Of a DNA stretch of 64,000 nt, positions 24,814 through 39,545 are shown piece after piece. The first letter of the stretch is position 1; each line of letters begins with the position of its first letter. Position numbers and translations under genes: made by a program. The notes beneath the pieces are model-generated. The model searched no databases, was not told the origin of the DNA, and saw nothing but the letters and a program-made list of their open reading frames with translations. The stretch spans positions 42,200,788 to 42,264,787 of the forward strand of contig CM120640.1 in NCBI GenBank assembly GCA_051362555.1, read 5' to 3'. The stretch comes from Lingula anatina. Taxonomy: Eukaryota; Animalia; Brachiopoda.

Positions 24814-27800
24814 TATAATTCAGTGCAAAGATGGGCCTGACTCGCCCTGTCACTCTTTAACCACTTGACACTGATAACCGTGGTATGATTAATACCCCCT
24901 ATTTAACTATTCAGATTAATAAATATACTCATGTATTTCAACATGTTTTAATGATAATGGAATATTAGATTTTTAAAAGTAATTAAATCCTCTTGTTGAC
25001 ACATGTTTCATGGCACGAGTGGCTATTAGAACAACCGGTGATACAATACAATTATTGATGTTGGGTGAGGTCACATCTAGGTTATGTTCAGCCCGAAGCC
25101 GGGATAATTGATTGACGCCGATGGTTGAGGCCAATTATCCAAACTGTGGGCAAATGAAAACATCGCATAGAAGAAGGGGCACATCGACAGCCGTTGAGAA
25201 ACTGCAGATTTTTCAGGAAAACCTGTCTGTCTCAAAGAAACATCGTTTATAGGCCTATCGATTCGTCATAAAAAAAGAAATTTGTTGCAAATTGCAGCTG
25301 TACGTTGCCCCAATATATGTCATCCTGCTTCAATGAGAGATACTGGTAAGTATGCTGTGTTTGTCTGTAGAACGGGAACAAACAAGTTAAGGAACATGAT
25401 GACCTGCAATTAGTGTACAATACTGCGATGTAGTCTTTATAACACTGCGAATAGCTGATGTAGAGTATACTGTATTTAGCCACTCAAAACTGTGTGTGGT
25501 ACAGTGACATTGACGCGTTATAATAACATACATCTACTTGTAGCAACAAATACAATCGTTGTTAAACACAGATTTCATACGAAACCACGCACAAGTTTCA
25601 ATTAAGAAAAAAATGTCCGCACGATTAACATATCCTGCAGTTGTCTTTGGCCTAATTCTCCGAGTGTTGTATCTGATTTGCTTTATTATCAGATATTTTA
25701 TCTCGTAACACTTATTAGAAGACATACGATATGTGATTTTTTTTACTTATCAATTTTTATTCTACCCATCAATATATTAATTTACCCACAGTTTCCATCA
25801 ACAGATCGAAAATAAAGACATTCTGCTATTCGAACATTATGGTTGGTTGATGCTCAATAGTATTACCTGCCTATATGATATACATTTATTATGTGATAAA
25901 GAGGGCGATTTTCTGAGGGTAATTTTTTAATTAGAATGTGGATGGAAATATTAACGAAAAGTGTAGACATATCAACTCTCTAAAATATTTAGGCATTGTG
26001 ATTATGGAATTGAAATTGTTGCTACGCTCCCAAAGCACAATTTAACTCGTCGCACACCTAACGCAATTCACCACCATACCTACTCATGATGTATTGAACT
26101 GATTAGATTGAATAAGAGAGTGTTTTCATTACTGAATCAAAATCAGATGAGTTACATTAGATAAACACTACAGAAAGCAACTAATTTAGGATGGAGCTTG
26201 GATTCCACATCATTTCATGGAATAATGACTGAAAATAACCACGAAGAAGTAATATACAGTACAAAATAGATGATGACATAATTAATAGACAAATGTACAA
26301 ACATAACTGTACATATTATTCTAATTTTATATTAACCACATTTTGTTTGAGCCAATTCTTTTCTCTTTATTGGTTTCTTTGTCAACAAATTAACTAAAAA
26401 TAGGTTCAGTCGTTTTTTTTTAAATAAAATTTTCAAAAAAGATCCAAAATCGGCTAAGAGAATCAAAGAATTTTTGGTGTTGCTACATTAATAAATTTAT
26501 AAACTAATTTATAATAATTAATGATTAATCGGCCTGCCTTAGCGGAGATTTACGCTCTTTGGCTGCTTTTCTATTTCGAATTCGATTTTTTCCATGCATG
26601 GCCTGAGGCATTCACCGCTAGCTAAGGAAACGATTTTCAATTCAAAGGACAATTGGTGAAAAATTTCATGCCGTGCAGGCGCGGATCCATCCTGGCTTTG
26701 GCCGCCTTTCCGAAGCAGGTCATTGGCTAAGGGGATCACTTTTTTGGATCATTAGAATAGATTTTTAGCATTCAATATTAGCACTTGCTTAACTCCTCAG
26801 TCAATCAGATTACGTGATATTACCCGTTCTACCGTCAATGGTAGACAAATAGTCGATGCCCATATTGCTGATGTTATGCGAACCGTTCAGCATGCTCGCG
26901 ATTCAAAAGTTGAATTTTCTTACGATTCATCAGACGCTGGTTCAGTTTCTCAGGAAATCTTACTTTTGGATGTCGGTTACGATGAAAGTGTACCGTTTCT
27001 TACCTTTCAGGGATATCAGTTGGAGCCCAGGAGACGTGAAACATGCCCCCCCCCCCCCCCCCCTATAGAATATATGTAATACTTTATTTTAATTGAACTT
27101 AATGAAATTAATTAGGGTTTTTGTCAGAGAATTAAGCTCTCCTGGGTGTGGAGATCGAAAAAAGAGAGAGAGGAGAGTCGGGGCCATGCGGTGCGTCACT
27201 GTTTCAGACAGAGTGTGGAAGCGTTTTAAGCGCTGGACGTTGTAGTTAGGAGATTTATTGTTGGAAAAGACTGTGTTGATGTTCCGTGGACTGCACTCAA
27301 TGCTTTGATACCATAAATGCACCAAGTAACGGCATAAACTAACCAAGATAGGAATCGGCGGCAAGTACACGTGTACCTCTCTGTTACATTGCATTAGTTA
27401 CTGTTACGTTATGTAATGTGATATTCTGGAAACTGATCTTTATTCAGTGGAAATCTTAAAATTTCGAAAATAATAAAGGAGACATTCAGAACATATGCAA
27501 ATGCGCTGTTGTTTTTCCTGACAGTTTTTATATTTTATTCTTTACGTAAGTAACGTTACGTGGCTTATCGTCAAGCGGTGCGGTTGTGTTGAGGCTATTT
27601 ACAGTGGTGAATTTAGGGGTGTGTCAGGGCCACTAACAACAATGGGTTACCATCCTTGAAAGTCTTTCAAAATATTCCTATGTATTGGGGGTGCTTTTGT
27701 AAGAAAGGGGGGTTGTCTTATTATAAAAACAATTTTGTGTTTCAAAATATTGCTGTGTATTTTTAATTCTTAGCCGATAATGACACTAAAACAGTGCTTA

Positions 27801-28113
27801 AATCTGGGACACAAACATTTCAGTCGCAAAAGTTTTGTAATGTTTTTTGTAATAATCTCAGGGATCATTTACGGCACATACGCTAGAGAAAAACAAAAAT
27901 TGCTCCTCGTCGCAAATTTTGATGGGCGAAGAAAACGGGTTGTCATCTGAGGGTGTAATCACAGATGTTATGACCCAATCCTGTTTCATTTCCTTCAGAC
28001 TCGCACGACAGCGAAACCACAGCTAGCGTGTAGTTATGTTTCTCCATAGTGTTTTTATATAGTGGAGATTTCCACTGATAACGTAATGACCCAGTCACAT
28101 AAATATTAAATAA

Positions 28114-28659
28114 GAGCGCATTCTCAACGAATTAAGCCAGGCTTTACAAAGCCGGTGACCTAAAAATGGCGGACGTACATGAAAGAAAAACCGCCTAATC
28201 TTTTAATAGTCTCTCCGCCTCCCCACATGTCGTCCCTGCGGGGTACAGTAATTAAATCGCGTCTCCGTTCGCCATGCGGAAGCTACCTGAGAAATATTAA
28301 GTGCGCATGCTCATCAGTTAAACTCGTGGTGAAGAAAGCATGGCGGCTGAAGACGATCGAAGGAAAGAAGCTCTTCTGTTCTATTATCTTTGAAAACAGA
28401 GACGAAAAAGGAATAATTTGGCCCGTAGAGCAGCAATGAATCGACTATCTACGGAGATAATATCACCAGAGATATTCACGGAAATATTAATGTTCGGAGC
28501 CGAGATTTAATTACTGTACCCCGCAGGGACGACGTGTGGGGAGGCGTGTGAGAGGCGGAGAGACTATTAAAAGATTAGGCGGTTTTTCTTTCATGTACGT
28601 CCGCCATTTTTAGGTCACCGGCTTTGTAAAGCCTGGCTTAATTCGTTGAGAATGCGCTC
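28114..28659. mobile_element. PIF/Harbinger-type MITE (546 bp), related to the 20293 element
   Basis: About 145-bp TIRs starting GAGCGCATTCTCAACG, a TAA TSD, and the shared CCTAAA.ATGGCGGAC.TACATGAAAG core. Confidence 0.88.
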
Positions 28660-28989
28660 TAAGTGTTAGCTACTGTATCTGGTTCCCACTTTTTGGCGTA
28701 AAACGATTTCATGTCATCGCTGTTTAACCGCCGATTCAGGATCGAAGCGTGCTTTCCCAGCTCTGTGAAGTTAAATGTACTCTTTCCTAAATCTGGATAT
28801 TGCTTATCTTTCCAAACTTTGTGAATATGAAGCAAAATACGATGCATATTCTAAGCGGAAAGCGTGCTCACAAGATCTGCGCAATGTTGAAATTTTGATG
28901 CCTATGTCCCGACGTTGTTACCCCGTATAGTGGACATGCAGATATATTTCTTAATTGAATCTGAACATTTCAAAGATACTGTATGTTGG

Positions 28990-29038
<49 letters not shown>

Positions 29039-32000
29039 TGCAACCATCCTTCTTCTACTTTTGAAAACTGATTGACCATCTTGGTTACCCATTTTCTGTT
29101 ATTGCCTTCTTTTACTATTTTCATCGTGGTGAAGAGCAGCGAAGTAATAACTGGAGAAAGGAAAATATTTTCTATTGCATTTCAAAAGTACTCAACAGGG
29201 GCATAAGTATAAATGTAAGCCCACAATGAAAGAGTCCATCATTATAAATTATCTCCTTACCGTGTAAGTTTTCCAAGACAACATAAGTGGGTTATGTGAA
29301 AAGAAGATCGTCGTGTATGGCCCTGCATGATATTCGTGAAATGTACAGAGTACCACTAGTTTTTATGCAGTCGCTACAAGTCCGTGCAGTTTAGAAACAT
29401 TGCTTCATTGAATCAACTAAAACAAAGATTTCTACCTGGAGCGCACAGGGGTGCTAAAAAATAAGGATTGTGGGGACAAAGATTATAGTAAGGACATGAA
29501 GGAAACAGGGTGGACATATACCTGGAGTTTTCTTGGAGAGGGATATTTTTTAGTTAAACTCACTGCCCTGTAAGTCCATATTTTTATGGCCTGAGATGCC
29601 ATATTCGTCATTTTGTGACCTGACCTGCCATTTTATCCAAAAGTGAGTTTGCGGTTTCTCCTCATCTTTCGGATCTCGGTAGGTTGGAAGAATAAAGGAT
29701 CGATCATTATAAGCGATAGTCTTGGGACACAGGGTTATTCTGCAATTTATCTTTTTCAATTTACGCTGTAAAATATCACCCAGTTAGTCTGTTGATCTCG
29801 CGGATCAACCAAATTCCGATAAAGAGGATCCAGTAGGAACCTGAATCGGAAATCAACGCTAATCTAATCTAATCTAATCTAATCTAAAAATGACCGTAAA
29901 TTGGGTTGCTAAACTATACAAGTAACTAACCCCCTCCCCCGAACGCCATACTAGCAGGTTCCCAAATAAAGACCAGTGAAAATTTTCAGGGCCAAAAGAG
30001 AGCCATCAAAGGGCACGTTTTGGGAACACGTTTGATCACGGCATGGTGGACATTTATAGGTGCAGGACCAGAACAGAACCTCTCAGAAACAATTAAAGCC
30101 AAAGGACCGAATTTGATCTGAGGTCCAGAGTGGAGCCGTATGTTTGCATAGATGCTTAGCTTATAACGAATAAACTTAAACTTAAGAAAAATATCATTAA
30201 ACTATGTGTGTACATTTACTATGGCTAAATGCGTCTTCTTTTTAAGCTTCCATTCACTGAATGTGATTTCTCGCACACATCTTTTTGTGACAGGTCCACT
30301 TGAGGCAATCTGAAATAGATAAATGGTGGTAAAGCACGACACTTAGATACATTTAACAAAAAAATGTGTTCTAAAATGAACTTGAAAAATGCCCACAAGA
30401 GTCGTTCCAGGGGCAAACTTTCAAAATATTTTACGTAATGTGATGGTTTAGTATTGTGAGCTGATGATAGGTTACCGTATTGTCTGAAAGGTGTGAAAGG
30501 GTCTGAAGGTTTATAATTGCTCTCCTCATATCGTTGGCATGCTTATCTCTTAAAAAACTGTAATTTACTGTAACTTGCAGGTGTTACACTGCATTTCTTT
30601 TCTGATAATAATCTAAACGATACACTCCTTTGGTACGACTCGGCGTCGTGCACGTCGGTAGTTGCTTTAATAACTGTTATTAGGTACAAGCATTGAAAAA
30701 GACTAACTTGTACTGAAAGGTCTAAGACATTGCAGGATACCTGTATGTTAAAGAGACAAGCCTCATTCGAACACGTTTCTATATTTCTCAAAATTAATAC
30801 ATTTTATAACAGTTTTGTGCTTTGAAACCCGAAAAGCTGAGATGAATGATTTGAAAATTGTGAAAAAATGAATTAAATCACATTAAGCATTGACTGTGTT
30901 GGACAAAACAAGAAGAACTGTGAAACTGTTATTTAAAAAATCACAACATTAACAATACACAGCAAATACATCGAAAAGGTCGCAAATGCTGATGGATATA
31001 ACTTTAACACCAGCTTTCAAATCCAAAGTGTGTATTTTAAGGCATATCCAAGGCCTCTGTTAGACAGCATTAAAGAGCAAAGCTGGACTCACAAGGTTTA
31101 ATTACAATTTACAAATCAATAATAAGATTTATCTTAGAGTATGCATGCCCTGTTTGGAGACCAGGCCTATCTTCAGAGAAATATGAATTTATTAACACCA
31201 TCCAAAAAGATCATTCTAAGGCATATATCAGGTTTTGGTTATCAATATGACATAGAGATCACAGAGCTTGACATCTCAGAACAAATGAGGGAAACTATTT
31301 CAAAATTCAGAACAGTAGCAGATTATTGGACCATTAATTGCATGAAATTAAGTTCCAATGACCAAAGCTGAACATTTAAAGAACATTTGTATAACTTTTA
31401 AAAAAATCTTTAAGTCCCTGTATGGGGTATTCACTGAGAACAATTTAGTTATATGGTCTTTCATAAGGCGATTTACTTTGATTATATTTTAATACTTTAT
31501 ACTTATTTATATATTCATATTGTCTTTTTAAATATCTTACCTTGAATGCATCATATCTAACAATGATCCCACAGAAACTTACTGTAGGATCATTACCGAC
31601 CTAAAGAATGCCCCTAGCTCAAATTTCTCATCAGTAATTAACTTTTTGATCCATTTTGCCTCTAAAAGAGAGATTTCAAAAAAAAAAAAATTACCTACCC
31701 TACCCTATTAAAAGATGGGCTCCAACTCTACCTCGCGAGCAACAATTTTGTAGAATTGTGAAAGCCGTAAAATATATTTAGATTGTGTTTTGAGAGTCTA
31801 GAAACCTCTACGTATGCGTTACAAAAAAAAAAAGCCTGCTTTCAGCTAATTTATTTTGTGTTAGTAACTATAAACTGGACCATTTTAAGCCCGAAACTGA
31901 ATTTACGGCTTTGCCATGAGCACGTGTACCGCTCCGACTGTAGTTCAGCTCTGTTCCTCAAACTTCTGTCAAACATAACGGCACACAAAAATTAATATTA

Positions 32001-34730
32001 TAAATATTAGGGGTGAAAAAGATTATCCAGTGTTAACTGTAAACTTGGTAATTTTTTTATATACGATAATATTCAAGTTATAGCTTTATTTAAGCTCTTA
32101 TACCGTGTGAGTGATTTCTCACACACAGCTTCTTGTGACAGACCCACAAGAGGCGATATGAAATAGATAAATGTTGGTAAAACATGACAATAAGATGCAC
32201 ATAATATAAACTGTAACACCCACAATGGACGTTCCTGACGCAAACTTTCACAATGTTATGGTAGACCGACGCAACGGTTTTACGCCTCAATTTTTGCATA
32301 AACATAATAATAACTTAGTATTGTGAGCTGATGATAGGCAAACGTATTGTTGAGTAGGAAAGTTTATGCCCTCCTGACATCGAGGGCATGCTTATCTTTC
32401 CTTTGGAAAAAAAATAACAAAAGTGAGTGACTGACGCATAGTACAAACATTTCTGTTCTGATAATAATCTAAACGACGCATTTCTCTAGTAAATGACGGT
32501 TTTATGCAATTTTCGCAAGTTGGTAATTGCTATCATTACTGTATTACTGTATTATTAGGGACATGCATTGCAGAGGACTCAATTTTACCTTTTGGTGAAA
32601 AATATTGCAATATATGTTAAGGAGACAGACTTCTTCCAGACATGTTTCTCGAAATTAATACTTGTAAATATCGGTGTATGTACTCAGAATTCCTAAAAAC
32701 AATGATGTGTGATTTTTAAGATTGTGAAATTGTCACATATTTATATCTAATTTATACATCGTAAAAAAGGTACTTTAAGCCAAATGTTTGACTAATAAGT
32801 GAATCAATTGGACAGAAAGGTCATTTTTATAATTATGTCAAAGACAGTTGCAGGGAACTTCTTTAGGTGTGTATAAAAGACTTCTTTCAGACATGATTCT
32901 CTTATTTATTACTTGTAAAAATCCATTCCAAACGCCCAGTATCAAGAAGGGTTTGTCTGCTATGATTTATTATCTCGAGTCTTTTTGCCAAATTGATAAG
33001 ATATAAGTTATTACACAGTTTTGTCCAACATGACATTATACATAGAAATTGAGCAGTACGTGACATAAATAATTAACAGCGTGGTATTGTGATCTAACCA
33101 CAGGGCATCATATTCCAAAATTTGTATGTACCCTTTCTACAGACAAGCACAAGATGACAAATATTGACGCAGTTTTCAGTATTTATTTGTATCTCATATC
33201 TGTTATATGTGTATGATAAATTTTACCCAGCCACGACATAAATACTGGCAATAACCATAAAATAACGTAACACCATATTTTAAAAAAAGAGAAGATATCA
33301 TATTCATAGAGGGGCGTGGGCGATATGTCATCCTTAGTGTGGGATAGAGGAAGGAGAGGCTGGATTATTTTCTCAAACTTGATAGTAATGATTGTCAATT
33401 CAGGTCCACAACTTAGATAAAAACCATGCATTTGATATATTGTCTATTTAAATATCTAGCCTTAAATGCATCATAACGTAAAATGATAGCGATAAAATAA
33501 CATTAGAAAAAAGAACCAGTAATAAATAAAATAAAGAAGATATGGTACCCATATTTTTTGTCTTTTTATGCCTTCATATTTAAAAATCGGTGAGCAGTAT
33601 AATATTATCCCTTCATTGGCGAATCCCCTAATGTTGAGGTGCAATACTATACATGAGAAGCGATGGCGAGAAATTGTGTTAGCTGTGCAAAGAAGTTAAA
33701 ATTGTACTTTGGGAGTCTATCAACTATTCAGTGCCACCATAGACAATATTTAACGATTCTGTTCATTTAAATTTTAAAGATGCATACAAAGTCAACTTTT
33801 GGTCACAAAAACCAACCAAATACCAGCATATAGTTTCAAGTAGTATAACTAAGAGAATTACCAAAAGGCATTGTTTAATTTTACCCGAAAATGATGTTTG
33901 AACGGATTTTTCTGCTGGCATTCTAAGCTGTATGTCAATGGGGCAGGAAAGTAGGTCACGAAAGTAGGTTAAATTTACAACCACAAATTTAAAGAAAGGA
34001 GCAGTCTAAAGGTCTTTTATGGCTGATCGAGTGATCTATTCAGTTTATCCCTTGGCATGTCGAATTTATTTGAGTCATATAAGAATCTAGTAGAAGTGGT
34101 TTACATGTGTTACTGGGAATCCACGCTCCACCGATGCTCGGTTCGTATGTACCTTTAAAGACAGGTAAATGGTACTAGCCGCCACCCATCTCTACTCGTT
34201 CACAGTAATACAGTAATCAAAATGTAAATATGATTGTGGAATGGGAGGGGAGAGTTTCCTATTTCTCAAGAAACGATATGTCTTGATCTTTTGATGATAA
34301 ATAAGTGCAGAGTAATATATTAATGAACAAAAACGAATATTATATTTTGTAGGCATAATATGTTGGGGTACAGCCCGTGCGATGTAATACATATCCACGA
34401 GAAAATCTTTCCAATGGACATGCGTCCCCTTGGGTGTGCTGTTCAACCCGGGCCTAGATTCTCAGCTGTATCTATACGCAGCTAAAACATATATTCCTGT
34501 CGGACATGATTTATTGTAGAATAATCATATATCGCCCCAGTCACATAACATCTCTAGGTGTGTATAAAAGACTTCTTTTAGACTTGATTCTCTAAATTAT
34601 TACTTGTAAAAGTGCATTTCAAACGACTATTATCAATGGTTTGTCTGCTATGATTTATTTTCTCGTGTCTCTTTTGCCAAATTGAGAAGATGTATGTTAT
34701 TGCGCAGTTTTGGAACAGGACATTATACAT

Positions 34731-36855
34731 CAGTCATTCTTTGCTAGTGGTTACAAAATGTTGAATTTGACCGAAAATTTCAAACTTTCTCTGGGAAGCT
34801 GTAATTTTGTGATGTGATAGCTACACCATCACAGTTTATCATTTCATAAAAAGGGAAACAGCAGCTGCCCTTTTTAGGGCACACAGGAGAGTTGAACAGC
34901 TATACCCACCAAATCCAAGACGCGTTACCCTGGGTAATATATTTTGCACAAACTAATGAAAGTCTAATGGAATGTTTTCAGTTTTAGCTTAAATCATAAG
35001 GGGGTGTTGTCTCAATGCTTCAAAACTGGTTTTGAAGAATTTAATCCACATTTCATAATTAATAAAAATGGTGAATATGTGGGTCACGGTAACGTTATTG
35101 ACGCGGGTACAAAAACTTTTTATAATCATGTAAATAATAACAATATTTTTGCTACTATCCATACACACTTCAATCATGAGGGGCACACCACTTTCACATG
35201 CTTTTAAAATGGAATTGACAAACACAGAGGAATAATGCACATATTTTATTTACTGTAACTCTGTCACATGGGACACACACTGAACAAAGTTGATCTAAAG
35301 AATGTTCCAGATTGTAGTTTTTTATCTGAATTATTATTATTTTATTATTATTTTAACACAATAAAGTTCAGTTAAATACAAAATTTAACAAAATGAAGTT
35401 CAGTGTAACACAAAGTTCATAATTATAACATTCTTCCTGACATATGTGGACCAATGGTGATATCTGTTCTGTGCTCAGTAAGGCATCCACTCTTGGGATT
35501 CTGAAAAAAAATCACACAAAGAATCTGTTAACTCTGATAACGAACAATGGATAACCTAAGATCACAATAATTTATTGCTTATTCAAACAAAGTACAGTGC
35601 ATTATGAGTGGCAAACACGCATTACTGAGACACATTTTCTTCACCCATTTTCGGTGCTTCATTGCGAAACGTAAGTGTTGCGAGTAATCCATTATTGCTG
35701 TTTTTACAGACGGTTAAATTTTAAACGCACGGAATGTAGCAGCTTAATTTAAGACAAAACTAAAAAAAGTAATTCAATTTCGATGATTGAGTTTTCGAGA
35801 ACAAGAGAACATGAATACGGTATCACCGCGTCACCATGTTCAATATGACCTTTAGTCCCCCATGTGACACAGACGCAAAACGAAAGTCCAGACGAAGTCA
35901 CCCTACTTATAGAATGGTAAAAATCAATCGGTACACAAATATGTTTAAACAATTGAAGAAAAATGAAACGAAACTCATTATTTCTCACCTTCATACAAAG
36001 AAGATCCCTATAAACAATTCTGTGGCGGTTAAATCGAGGAAATTACACCTGTGCCCTGCATCCTATCTCGACAGCGTCACTGCACAACATGTTATCAGAA
36101 TGGGCCACCCGCCAGTTTGAGCTGGTTTTTTTTAGTGTGCAAAAGAAGCCATTCGTGTGTAAGACGTCATCAGTTAGTGAGTATGGAAGAAGATCGCTAT
36201 CGATGTATAATTTTCACGCGGCATTTTAAAGTCGTCTGATAAGAATCGATCTCTGAAGTTTCAGTGTTGCGAACGTTATATTGGGACGCGGTGAAGAAAA
36301 ATCGACCTTGCTGAGCAATAAATGTGAAATTCTTAAGAAAACTGATATTATCATGGACTTCGTGACACAAACTATCCGACATACTACTTTGGACGATTGA
36401 ACAGTTTTAATACGGAAAGATAGGATTAGATGACATTTTCATCGGGGTGGGACATCGCATGTATCGTAAGTTAAGCTAATTTTGTGATCATTTTTCAGTG
36501 ACTTCAAATAAATTTTTATTTAAATAACCATTTACACATTCTGTTTATTATATCTTCTTGCAGTAGGTGTATTCCCTGCTTCAATAATTCATTCAAACCC
36601 TAAACAAACTGTTCCTAAATAGAGGTAGGGTCGAAATTCCACAAAAAAGGACGCCATTTTGAGGGTAATTTCGATATATTTTCTGCTTTTTCTCTTATTT
36701 TGCTTTTATAACAGCATCCTCCTTGCTCATGCAGCTTCTTTGATTTGTTATTGAAACATACACAACGATGTCATGAGAATTTGGTTGGCTATCTAAATTT
36801 AAATAACATTCTTGTTATGGCCCCCCTGCAGTGCACCACTAGCAAAGAATGACTG
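34731..36855. mobile_element. Non-autonomous TIR DNA transposon (2125 bp), Academ- or Sola1-like
   Basis: Perfect TIR CAGTCATTCTTTGCTAGTGGT and a 4-bp ACAT TSD. Empty sites are visible in paralogous copies at about 33040 and 46860. Superfamily inferred from termini and TSD only. Confidence 0.85.
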
Positions 36856-37208
36856 ACATAGAATGTGAGCAGTGCGTGACATAAATAATTAACAGCGTGG
36901 TATGGTGATCTAACCACAGGTCATTATATTCCAAATTTTAATTGTACCCGTTCTACAGGCAAGCACAGCATGCTCATCTCACATTGTAAAAAAGATGACG
37001 GAAATTGACGCAGCTTTCAGTTTTAAATTGTATCTTATTTCTGTTCCGCGTGTAATTTCACTGGTGTGCAGTATTTATCATATATTTTCAGATTTTAAAA
37101 AAAGTCACAGTCGAAGCCTTAAAATTTATAGATTTAGTGAAAGAACACAGAGTTTCCCATTTAAATTTAAATACACAGAGTGTAACGTTCTTGTTCCTAG
37201 TTCTATTA

Positions 37209-39545
37209 TTTTTTTTTTAAACAACGTTTATTCAAAAGAATGAAGTGGAGGCAAGGCGCTGGAAGCATTATATGCTATATGCTTATATGCATTAAATTAA
37301 ATAAGTAAATAAATAAAACAAATGGATAGGTATATACATATATACAACAGAGTAAGTGTAAAACTTCATATATATCAGGAGCACAAGTTAAGTACAGAAA
37401 GAAAGAAGAGGAAAAGAGATAGTACCTATTAAGTGATAACAAAGTTTACGAGAAGAAAATTTGCAACAGTGTCGAAGATAATTTCATTTTGGGTGGGTGA
37501 TAAGGATTTATGACCGTAGAGAAATAACGACAGTTTTTCTTTTTGTGTTTTGAAAGAGGTCTTGCTTGCATGTAGAGTTTCATTTATTTTTTGGTAAAGG
37601 GGAGGGTACTTTGAATTGAGTAAAGGGCATCTAAAGAAAAAGTGAAGAGGGGTTTCAAGGGCACCACAGGTGCAGTGTGGTGTATCAATAGTAGTCCAGT
37701 TATGCCTAAACAATTCTGCTCTAAATAAACACCCGACCCTCGCTCTGTTAAGAATTTTTTCATGATTTCTGTTCAAGTTTAGTGTTGTTGTTGAAAGCGA
37801 CCCAGCAGTGAGGTGTTTTTTTATCGAGTTCTTGAAAGATGAGATTGAAGGTAAAGATTTAGTGGAGGAGGAGAGTTGATCCCATGCAGACATCAGAAAA
37901 TAGTTAACTGAGGTACGGGGGTATTTAGGAGGAAGTTTAAAGTCTCTTTTGTTATTTTCTCGGGATATGATTGGAAAAGGGTTTCTGAATGGGCGGAATA
38001 TATCAGAAACATAGGAGGGGACCAAATTCGCCATGACTGAAAACATAATTTTTTGAGCATGCATTTTTCTTCTATCAAATAGAGAAATCCAATTTAGTTG
38101 TTCAAATATTTTGGAGGTACAAGAGCTAGGTAAGGCTCCCAGTACTATTTTGCCGGCTTGGTATTGAAGAGACGATAGTTTCGATAATTTCTTCTGGAGT
38201 GAGTTATGATAGAAGATGTCACAGTAATCAAATTGTGATTGGATAAAGGCATTATATATAACATTTAAATGTTTGGACCTAACTTTGCAGTATAGAGGTT
38301 TTAGTGCATTTACGGCCCGTTGAACCTTTTCGCAAACATGATCAGTATGATCATAAAAATTTAGTTTTGAATCAAGTACTAGTCCCAGGTGTTTGTGGGT
38401 CTTTGACCTAGGTATCATGGTATTGTTTATATACAATTCAGGGTATGTACTATTATCATTTTCTTTGCCGAATATAATTTCGCGGCACTTTGCCGGTTTA
38501 AAATTGAGTTTCCATTTATTGGACCAATTTTCAATGGTACGTAGGTCACCTTGTAATATGGCATGTGAATCAACATCTCCCCGACGCGAGGGCATAAAAG
38601 AGGGAAGTATCATTCGCATAGATGAAACAATCAGTAGAGAGTCCGTCAGGGAGGTCATTTATATATATGAGAAAAAGTAACGGGCCAAGTATGCTACCTT
38701 GGGGTACACTTGTATTTATGTAACCTCCCTTAGATAAATTAGACGATTTCCCACCAACACGTACTTTAACTCTTCTATTAGTCAAGTACGATGACAATAG
38801 TGCATGAAGTTTGCCGGTTAGACCGTAAGACTTGAGTTTAAGGAGAAGGAGTGAATGGGGAACTCTGTCGAATGCAGCCTCTATATCGAGAAAGACTCCT
38901 CTGGTGTCATAACCATTAATAGAATTACTCGTAATTAAATTATGAATCGCCAAGAGCTGGTGCTCTGTGCTATGACCCTTCAAAAAGCCGGATTGTTTAG
39001 GGTATAGGAGCTTGTTGTTCAGAATAAAGTTAATCACTCTATTATATATTATTCGCTCTAAAATCTTAGATATAATACTAAGTAAAGAAATTGGTCTATA
39101 GTTTAAAATAGATTTTTTATCATCTTTTTTAAAGAGTGGGCAAATTTCGGCAATTTTCCAGATGTTGGGGAAGGTATTAGACTGTATAATTGCGTTAAAC
39201 AGAATATTTAGGGGCTTCACCACGGAGTTTTTGGTAAGTTTTATCATCTTGACGGTAATCAGGTCAGGGCCGTTAGCTTTAGATGGGTCTAAATCATCAA
39301 TTATCGATTTAATTTCATTAATAGTGGATTGTATCTGAGATAGGGAAGCATCAGTTCTTACAGGAAAGAGAATTTCGCCAACATTTGCTACAGAGTCCGA
39401 GTGGTACATTGATGAGAAATAGGACAAAAATTCATCAGCCTTTTCTTGATCAGTAGAAGCGACAGATCCATTTCTCGGGTTATTGAGAATAGGAATAGAA
39501 GACGATCGCTGTTTCCCAAGAATATTTTTCATTACGGTCCAGTTC
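37209..39545 (-). mobile_element. 5'-truncated CR1-group LINE (RT plus C-terminal CCHC), frameshifted
   Basis: KANGPD, NYRPISLL, QSGF, FLDIEAAFD, VPQGSILGPLLFLIYIND, YAND (mutated YADD), frameshift near 38600, CTCG...H...C. AATAAA at 37232-37227 and poly(A) at 37218-37209. Confidence 0.92.

Noticed and set aside
25020-27800. Assorted short hairpins, inverted motifs (e.g. 25141 / 25790) and small ORFs
   Set aside because: Probably old MITE debris; I could not define termini, TSDs or any protein similarity.
30455-30500. CTGATGA...GAAA, possible hammerhead ribozyme or C/D snoRNA (second copy near 32328)
   Set aside because: Stem II cannot form in either copy, and no terminal stem or conserved D box is shared.
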